A stretch of DNA of 19,091 nt, from assembly GCA_039638295.1 (NCBI GenBank), contig JBDIWJ010000037.1, positions 1 through 19,091 on the forward strand. The letters run 5' to 3'. Positions 8,894 to 16,400 of the stretch are shown here, piece by piece. The DNA comes from Candidatus Phoenicimicrobium oleiphilum (GTDB lineage: Bacteria; Atribacterota; Phoenicimicrobiia; Phoenicimicrobiales; Phoenicimicrobiaceae). The position numbers and the translations under genes were made by a program. Each line of letters starts with the position of its first letter. The first letter of the stretch is position 1. Below the pieces are notes generated by a model. The model had not been told where the DNA came from. It did not search any database and saw only the letters and a program-made list of their open reading frames with translations.

Positions 8894-8922
8894 AAGATAT
8901 CATCTTACCTTAAAAAAGTCAA
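8894..8922 (-). promoter_or_regulatory. Sigma70-type promoter of rnpB
   Basis: TTGACT (8922-8917), 17-bp spacer, then TATCTT (8899-8894) with an extended -10 TG, about 14 nt upstream of P1. Confidence 0.75.
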
Positions 8923-8932
8923 TTGATTTGAA

Positions 8933-9646
8933 TTACCCTTTCCAAACCAGAATTCTATTACAATTAGGGCAAGTCGTCACTATTTGTTCCTTTTTTAGGT
9001 GATAGATAGTATCACTGGGGAGATCGAGATAACAACCTGGACATATAGAGCTATTAACCTCAATAATGGCTTTTCCATCTTTTTCTTTTCTCAATAATTC
9101 ATACTCCTTAAGAAGATGATTATCTGTTATTTTACTTAATATCCCTTTTCTTCTATCATAAAAAGAATTTATTTTCTCGTCTATCTTTGAGACTGTTAAT
9201 TTTATTTCTTGCTGGCAATCTTGTAAATGCCTTTCTTTCTTTTTTAAATCCTCTTCAAGTTCCATAATCAATTTATCGTTTTCTTCTACCTTTTCCATCA
9301 GGTCTAACAGCTCATCTTCAATCAAAGCTTTTTCTTCTTCATAGTTTGCTATTGCTCCTTGCAACTGTTTAAGTTCTTTAATATCTGTTATCTTACCCCC
9401 ATATAAATCTTCCTGATGTTTTTTAATTTTATTAGATTTGTCAGATAAATCTAATTCTTTTCTGTTCAAATTGATCTGTAATTCTTTATAAGCTTTCTTT
9501 GCGGCTACAAGATTATTTTGTAATTCCTGAATTTCCCCAGCAATTTTATTTAATTTCAAGGGTAATTCTCTTTTTTTCTTTTCTTCCTCATCTATATCAT
9601 TATCTATTCTTTGCAGTTCTAAAAGTATTTCCAATTGTTTCTTCAA
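8933..9646 (-). CDS. Coiled-coil protein with C-terminal C4 zinc ribbon (COG1579/DUF164, CT398/HP0958-like)
   Basis: LxxLQxID N-terminus, long coiled coil, CPGC...CPNCNRIL. TTG start with a GGAGG RBS. Adjacency to rnpB is a common arrangement. Confidence 0.9.
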   Translation of the reverse strand: MKKQLEILLELQRIDNDIDEEEKKKRELPLKLNKIAGEIQELQNNLVAAKKAYKELQINLNRKELDLSDKSNKIKKHQEDLYGGKITDIKELKQLQGAIANYEEEKALIEDELLDLMEKVEENDKLIMELEEDLKKKERHLQDCQQEIKLTVSKIDEKINSFYDRRKGILSKITDNHLLKEYELLRKEKDGKAIIEVNSSICPGCYLDLPSDTIYHLKKEQIVTTCPNCNRILVWKG

Positions 9647-9693
9647 ATAACTATTCCTCCCCCGCCCTTATTAGCAATATCTTAATTTAAAAT

Positions 9694-9733
9694 AAAAAAA
9701 ACCTTACTTCTTACAGGGAAGAAGTAAGGTTTT
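9694..9733 (-). terminator. Intrinsic terminator downstream of the tRNA gene
   Basis: Inverted repeat aaaaccttacttctt (9698-9712) / aagaagtaaggtttt (9719-9733) followed by a U-run on the minus strand. Confidence 0.8.
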
Positions 9734-9797
9734 AAAAAAATGTAATATCTTTTTTATTTCATACTTTCTCATATAATTTTACAACCTTTGTTAGTAT

Positions 9798-9873
9798 TGG
9801 TGGGCCCACCTGGATTCGAACCAGGGACCGACCGGTTATGAGCCGGTTGCTCTACCAGCTGAGCTATGGGCCC
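9798..9873 (-). tRNA. tRNA with CAT anticodon, most likely tRNA-Ile2 (lysidine-modified, reads AUA)
   Basis: 76-nt cloverleaf GGGCCCATAGCTCAG...CTCATAA...GGTTCGAATCC...GGGCCCACCA with encoded CCA. G1-C72 is paired and the anticodon stem lacks three consecutive G-C pairs, so it is not an initiator. The sequence resembles Ile2 more than elongator Met. Confidence 0.9.
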
Positions 9874-9899
9874 GTAATCGAGTAATTATCTTCGTTAAA

Positions 9900-9927
9900 A
9901 GTATAACAGATATACTTAGAAAGTCAA
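9900..9927 (-). promoter_or_regulatory. Sigma70-type promoter of the tRNA gene
   Basis: TTGACT (9927-9922), 16-bp spacer, then TATACT (9905-9900) with an extended -10 TG. A 16-bp spacer is common in stable-RNA promoters. Confidence 0.8.
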
Positions 9928-9970
9928 GAAAATTTTCGTATTGCGTAAAGAGAAATTAATATTTGTAAAC

Positions 9971-11002
9971 TTATTTTAGATGCAGGCTTTTTAGTTGTCC
10001 ACAAGCAGCAGATATATCACCCCCCCTGGATACTCTTATAGTAGTAGGAATTTTTTTAGCTACCAATTTTTCCCTAAAGGATTTAATTTGAGAGATATCA
10101 GTCGCCTGCAACAAAGAACCGGGAGCAGGATTAAAAGTAATTAGATTTATCTTGAAATTAAACCCTCCGATTAGTTTAGCTAATTTATCAGCATAATTAA
10201 GAGAATCATTTATTCCTTTAATTAAAATATATTCGAAAGTAATCTGCCTATTTGTTTTTTTTACATAATCTCTGCATACTTCTATTAAATCATATAAAGG
10301 ATATTTATTATTAACTGGCATTAAATAAGACCTTAATTTATCTTCGGGGGCATGAAGAGATACTGATAATTCTACCTGCCAGTTACACTCTTGCAACTTT
10401 TTTATTGCGGGTATTATCCCACAGGTAGAAATAGTTATCTTTCTTGCTCCAATATTAAAGGCTTCTTTAGAATTTAATATGTAAATTGCTTTTATGACAT
10501 TATCATAATTATCTAAAGGTTCTCCAATCCCCATAAATACAATATTGTGAGGATTAGATTTCAACTTCTTCTTAATAAATAAAACCTGATTTAAAATTTC
10601 ACTAACCAGGAGGTTTCTGGTAAATCCTTTCTTACCACTTTCACAAAATAAGCAATTATATTTACATCCGACTTGAGAGGAAATACATTCAGTGATCCTC
10701 CCTTTATTAGAAAATATCAGAACACTTTCTATTACATTCCCATCTTCTAATTTGAACAGGTATTTTTCAGTTCCGTCTTTAGATTTTACAAATTTTAATA
10801 ACCCTATATTCCGTAGATAAAAGTTGTAGTGAAGAAATTTTCTAAATGCTACGGGAAGATCGGTCATATCATCAAAATTTTCTATACATTTTTTATAAAC
10901 CCAATGAAATAGTTGGGTAGCCCTAAATCTTTTTTCTCCTGAATTTTCAAATTCTTCTTTTAATTCATCTAAAGTAAAATTTTTAATATCTTTCTTCTTC
11001 AT
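9971..11002 (-). CDS. rlmN: Dual-specificity 23S rRNA m2A2503 / tRNA m2A37 radical SAM methyltransferase
   Basis: FRATQLFHW, DGTEKYLF, CISSQVGC-x3-C-x2-C, MGIGEPL, SLHA, FEY and AACGQL motifs. Confidence 0.95.
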   Translation of the reverse strand: MKKKDIKNFTLDELKEEFENSGEKRFRATQLFHWVYKKCIENFDDMTDLPVAFRKFLHYNFYLRNIGLLKFVKSKDGTEKYLFKLEDGNVIESVLIFSNKGRITECISSQVGCKYNCLFCESGKKGFTRNLLVSEILNQVLFIKKKLKSNPHNIVFMGIGEPLDNYDNVIKAIYILNSKEAFNIGARKITISTCGIIPAIKKLQECNWQVELSVSLHAPEDKLRSYLMPVNNKYPLYDLIEVCRDYVKKTNRQITFEYILIKGINDSLNYADKLAKLIGGFNFKINLITFNPAPGSLLQATDISQIKSFREKLVAKKIPTTIRVSRGGDISAACGQLKSLHLK

Positions 11003-11016
11003 AGATTTATTTTCTT

Positions 11017-12066
11017 CTATTTTTTAATTTCTCCCAATATATTTCGGGCAAACTCTTCTGCCCTTTTTTCTATCCCTTTAACTTTCCTGATTGCACCCGG
11101 GTCATTAGCAATGGCCATCAAGGCAAAATAGGGAGGCAATCTAAATCCTTTATTAATATTTAAAGCCCCTAATAATTGCTCGGCTACACAATCACTACCT
11201 GAATTTCCTGAAACAATGATGGAAAACAGACTTTTATCCCAGAATCTCACTCTCTTGTAAAGTACAGTCAACCTATTTATTACTGCCATAAGCTTTGCAG
11301 ATACAGCATCATTATAATTAGGGCATAACCAGATTGTACAATCTGCATCCTCAATCGCAGGAAGAATTTCTTTTACCATTATTCCTCCATAAAAACAACT
11401 TTCTTCTTCGCTATAATGAATACAGGTTTTATAAGAACATCCCCTGCAGTCTACTACGGTACCATTTTCTACATGTAATTCCCTTAAATTTTTTGCTCTC
11501 AAATTATCCTTAACCATCCTCCAGAGCATCAGAGTATTGGAAGTTTTAAATGAACTGGAATGAAGGACTAATATTTTGGGATTTTTAATTAAAGTAAGCT
11601 TTTCCGCCATCAATTTATCAACTAATTCTTTAGCTTGTTTTTGATAAATTTCTTTAAGGGATAAATCATAAATTTTTTGCCAGGTAATAAAATTGCTGAG
11701 ATTATAAGTTGCCTCTACAACTGGGTGGCCTGGGAATCTACACCCCATCAGATTGGCCAAAAAAATTATCTTCTGAGCAGAATTCTTAGTAAATAACTCA
11801 CTGGGGCTTTGAATTATAATTACTGCCCTTGAACCAAGAAGAGAATCATTTCCTCTTTTTTGCAATTTTAAAAGTATTTCAAATAAAGGAATATTAAATC
11901 CACATCCATCTAACTCTATAGCAAAAACTATCTTCTTATTTCTTAAGTCCGTGATATCTTCAAATGTTTTAATAACTATCTGATTATAACCCGCTGTAGC
12001 TTTTTTAATTATATCGCTAAAACTATTTGATATTTTTCCTGGCATTATTAAATAAATAGTGTCCAT
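11017..12066 (-). CDS. Double-length flavodoxin-fold protein with a C-terminal iron-sulfur flavoprotein / NADPH-FMN reductase-like domain
   Basis: The C-terminal half has SSSFKTSNT (FMN phosphate loop-like), C207-x2-C-x4-C-x8-C224 and PNYNDAVSAKLMAVINR. The N-terminal half looks like a degenerate flavodoxin fold. Confidence 0.8.
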   Translation of the reverse strand: MDTIYLIMPGKISNSFSDIIKKATAGYNQIVIKTFEDITDLRNKKIVFAIELDGCGFNIPLFEILLKLQKRGNDSLLGSRAVIIIQSPSELFTKNSAQKIIFLANLMGCRFPGHPVVEATYNLSNFITWQKIYDLSLKEIYQKQAKELVDKLMAEKLTLIKNPKILVLHSSSFKTSNTLMLWRMVKDNLRAKNLRELHVENGTVVDCRGCSYKTCIHYSEEESCFYGGIMVKEILPAIEDADCTIWLCPNYNDAVSAKLMAVINRLTVLYKRVRFWDKSLFSIIVSGNSGSDCVAEQLLGALNINKGFRLPPYFALMAIANDPGAIRKVKGIEKRAEEFARNILGEIKK

Positions 12067-12123
12067 ATAATAATTCCCTTACCCACTTTTACGGGCACAA
12101 GTTTCTTTTTAAATTTTTAACTA

Positions 12124-13368
12124 TTATAAAATATTGCCTAACTCTTTATAACTCTTCTTTATTTTTTCAAATAAAACATCCGGCATATCCAATCTTTCAA
12201 CTTCAATTCCAGAATTATGCAATCTGTTTTTTGCTCCCATATATACTCCTCCCATAAAGGTTGCACTGTAATGCCACTTCCCTCTGATAGTGGCAATAAG
12301 CGGTAAACAGGCTGAAGATAAGGCAGGAGCAATATAAGGTTTATAGCCAGTCTTTCTTATTTCTAAATTTGCTTTTAGGGTCTGATTGGTAAGCATCTCA
12401 GAAAGTTTTTCATCGTACTTTTTTATACTATTTGCAATTATTAAACCTTTGCCATGAGGGCCAAATGCTCTACCTTCCTGGCAATAGTTAACAGTTTCAG
12501 GATTTTGCTTAGAATAATATATTGCTCGGGCATGCATAACCCCCAAACCATATCCCCTTATCTGTTCTGCCGCTAATCCCTTAAAATCAAATTTTCCATT
12601 TTTATTTTTATTACTGACTAAAAAAGCATATTTACACAATAAATCTACCGGGTCCGAAATCACTGCAAATATTCCCTTAAATGATTTTTCCCGAGCCTTT
12701 TCAGCATAATCAGAAATTATTTTAGAGTTTCCTTCAAATTGAGTCATTCTTACATCCTTTGCCTCTTCACCTACTGGAGGGACACCTACTGTGGCGCAAA
12801 AAACAAACAAATCACAATCAAAAATCTCTTTTTCCTTCAAAGCATATACTTCAGGATGTAACTGAACTGCAGAGGGAGCAAATATCTGGTTTGCTTCTAA
12901 TTCCCATCTTTTTACAAGTTTGGTATTTTTATCATATATTCCGATACTCTTGATATACTTTCCACCTAATAATCTTAATCCAGCAAGAAGAGTTCCTCCT
13001 ACATCTCCTAGTCCTACAATATTAATCTTCCAACAAACAGGAAATTGATAAGTTATTACATCTTGCCAATCAGGATATTCAGTATTAAGCGAACTTACTC
13101 TTTTTTCTTTTATTCTTTCTTTAAGCCATAAAGGCAAATTATAATCAATCTTCCTAGATTTTTGCAGTAAATGAATTCCCTCTTCTTTTAAAAAGATAAG
13201 AGAGGAATCGGTAACACTAAAACTTCTTCTTGATTTTAAAGGGTTTATCCGGGTAAGGGCATAGATTATACCTTTACTTTCTTTTGCTTCGCTTTCAGAT
13301 ATTCTATTTAATTCATTGTATTCCGATTGGGAAATTAGTATCTTATCTTTTAGTTTATAGTAGAACAT
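12124..13368 (-). CDS. Atypical lactate/malate dehydrogenase-fold NAD-binding protein with an N-terminal extension of about 110 aa
   Basis: INIVGLGDVGG Rossmann motif, IYD, R207, SDPVD (cf. SNPVD), MHAR (cf. DSAR) and GPHG (cf. GEHG). Confidence 0.8.
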   Translation of the reverse strand: MFYYKLKDKILISQSEYNELNRISESEAKESKGIIYALTRINPLKSRRSFSVTDSSLIFLKEEGIHLLQKSRKIDYNLPLWLKERIKEKRVSSLNTEYPDWQDVITYQFPVCWKINIVGLGDVGGTLLAGLRLLGGKYIKSIGIYDKNTKLVKRWELEANQIFAPSAVQLHPEVYALKEKEIFDCDLFVFCATVGVPPVGEEAKDVRMTQFEGNSKIISDYAEKAREKSFKGIFAVISDPVDLLCKYAFLVSNKNKNGKFDFKGLAAEQIRGYGLGVMHARAIYYSKQNPETVNYCQEGRAFGPHGKGLIIANSIKKYDEKLSEMLTNQTLKANLEIRKTGYKPYIAPALSSACLPLIATIRGKWHYSATFMGGVYMGAKNRLHNSGIEVERLDMPDVLFEKIKKSYKELGNIL

Positions 13369-13429
13369 CTTTTATTTTCCTCTCTTCACCTAAACTCTCT
13401 CCTGTGATTGTGCCCTCTAATATTATTAC

Positions 13430-16400
13430 TTAATTTCTCCTATCTACCATTTCTTCCATTCGTTCTAAAAGCTCAAGATCATTTCTTAAATAATGAGAGG
13501 GACTAAGATTTAAATTATACTCCATATTTTCTCCCTGATCAGGATAGCGAGGATAAATAATTACTTCCCCTAAATGATTAAGAGTTAACTTTCTTTGTTG
13601 AATTGATTGATATTCATCTTCAAGGGCTTCTAAAATAGTCAAGGCACTTTCCATACAAACCTTTGAAAAGTTATAAATAATTTTTCCGGAAACATTTTTT
13701 ATAAATGAAGGGAAGGTATAGGGCAAGATTAAATTAATAGATCGAACCAAATTCCCTTGAGACCTGCTCTTTCGCTTTATTGCATCTCCACCAATAAAAG
13801 GATATAATTCACTTTCGTTAAACCATAATCTGAGATTAGGAATAAAATGAACAGAGTCAACATCTCTATTTAAAAGGGAAGCAATTTCTTTTCCACTTCC
13901 AGACAATGCTCCCAAAATTATTTTTTTGATTTTGATATCATACTTTTGGAAAAGAGGTTCTAAGGTCTTTATTCTATACCCCTTATGTAGATAATCATCA
14001 ATTAGAATTACCGGCATATTAAACGAACGAATAACTTTCACCTGGTTTTCCAAACTCATATAATTAGGGAAAGCACCAATTTCAAAACTTTTCATATCAG
14101 GAGAAAATATTTTTTCAGTATGAAGAGATTTAGTTACTGTATTGGGAACCACCATTTTGTGCAGTATCTTTCCAAAGGGTACACAAATTGAATCTCCCAA
14201 AACTCGAGGAGTCAAAGGTATTGTTGGAACATTATTTAACTTGCATATTTTTTTAACAATAGTCTGATTGATTAAATTTATGTTAAACGGCAGTACAATA
14301 TTCCCAGAATAAAAGGAAGTTAATGATTTTAATAATTTTTTCCGAGATTTAATAATTGATTTTTTAATATTTGAATTTTGGTTAAAGGGTTCTTTTATTA
14401 CGCTCTCCGTTTCCAGATTAATTATGCAGGGCTTACTCATATCTACTACAAATACCGGGTTATCCTCATCACTAAAGGGTAAGCGATAAAATCCCATCAA
14501 CTCTAAATTCTCATATAGAGAATTTAAACTATAATTATTCAGAATATTCCTGAAAATTGTATAACTGTAATCTTTTTCAATGCAAAAAGAAAGGGTCTCG
14601 GTAAGAATAATCTGTTCAAGATTTTCAAGTTCTGATTTATTCTCGACTTCATTTATGGTATAAATTCCATCAATAATCATTATGCGACCAACTGCATTTT
14701 CTCTAATATACTCAGAAATTAAATTATTGTTAAACTCCTGGAAAAGAGAGCTTGAACGAACCCAATGAAAAGCTGAAAATCCTAATAATATTCCATTATG
14801 CTCAAGATCACGCAAAAGTAAAAATCTGGGATTTAATTTATGAGAAAACTCATTAAACTTTTTAAATATATCTTCCCGATTATATTGAGAAAATATTTTA
14901 TGGTAAAGTTCTTCTATTAAATCTGAGGTAATATTTTCAATTATCTGCACATCAATAGAAATCGTCTGCATTATACTCTTATATTGTGGTTCTCTTTGAT
15001 ATAAATTATTCTCATAAATATATTTTTGGACTAAAGGATCGATAAATTTGGAAATATCCCGATTTTCATCGATATTGTTTCTTATTTGGCTTGAGCTTAT
15101 CTCTTCATATCGGGGGGTAAGGTTAAGGTTAATAATCTCTTTTTCAATCTTTTTAATAGCCTCTTCAATATTCTTTTCTTTCTTATTGGTAATATTTAAG
15201 GTTCCTCTATCAAATATAATATGAGGAAAAGTATGTATAGAATTTTCTGTCTTTTCCTTTTGATAAGCAGAGGCATTTAATACTACATCACTGCCCACTA
15301 CCATATAAACTTCAGAGGAAGGAAAATTACTTCTTAAGGCTTGTAAATCATTCGGGTTGGCAATATTAACAGGCAAATCTTCAGGATATAAATATACCTT
15401 AAGTTCATCAGCAATAGAAATATTTATTATATTCTTCCTGAAAAGATGGGGTTGGGTTCTTTTAGACCAGGAAAATTCATCAACTGCTAAATATACTTCA
15501 AAACCGAGTGCCTCTATCTTCTTAACTATTTCTTTGTGGCTTAAAGAAAAAGGATCAAACGACCCCGGGAAAAAAGCTATCTTTGATGGAGCCTTAAGGT
15601 TTATACTACCTTTAAAGAAATTGTAATCTGAAATAAATTTATACATATAGTTAAGTCCATTACAGTTGCTTAAAAACATCAATCCTTCCTTACTAACTGG
15701 AGCAAGTAGGGTTAGAATTTTTTTGGCAATTAGCTGAAATATATGGTTTTTATCCTCTAAACTGAGATGTTTTGAACCAAATATTTCTCTTCCAATAACT
15801 CTAAAAGCTACTTGTTTTACTTGTAAACTGTAATGTACAAAACCATTTAGAAGAATGCCTATCATTTTATTAAGTTTATTTTCGTATGATTTTCTACTTT
15901 CTTGAAATCTTTCTTTATATTTTGGATAATTAGCAATAGCTATCCCAATAGTTCTAAGTAATAAGGAACTTAATTTGGGATCTGATTGTTTTATCTTCTC
16001 AATTAAATCATCAATTAGCTCCTCTAACTCATCAGGAGGGAGAAAAATTATTAATTGACCTAAATAATAAGGGATATATTTGGTAAATTGATAATCTTCC
16101 ATCTCTAAAGCCCTCAATAGCTCAATGGCAATATCATTTCGTTGTTCAAATGATAGACTGGGCATCAAATTCACCAGGGTCTGTCCGGCTAAATTTCTAA
16201 TACTTTCCACGCCACTCACTTTTAAGATATTACAAAAATGTAAAGCGGTGTAGATTTCTTCTTGCTTAGTCTTTAATGTATGTTCTAACAAAAGTTCTAT
16301 TTGTATTTTTTTAACTATCCAGCTCGTTGAAGTTTTGAGATTACTTAAAAATATATACTGTATTTTTTCCAGGTCTTTCTGATAAAATTCTCTATATTCT

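Noticed and set aside
8555..8926. 123-aa plus-strand ORF
   Set aside because: It lies antisense to the rnpB RNA gene and its promoter, a typical spurious ORF.
9798..9873. tRNA-Met (initiator or elongator), or tRNA as an integration site
   Set aside because: It lacks initiator hallmarks and resembles Ile2. No integrase or duplicated tRNA 3' end is seen in the window.
9971..11002. Cfr antibiotic-resistance methyltransferase
   Set aside because: The MGIGEPL motif and overall sequence fit housekeeping RlmN (Cfr has GEAL), and there is no mobile context.
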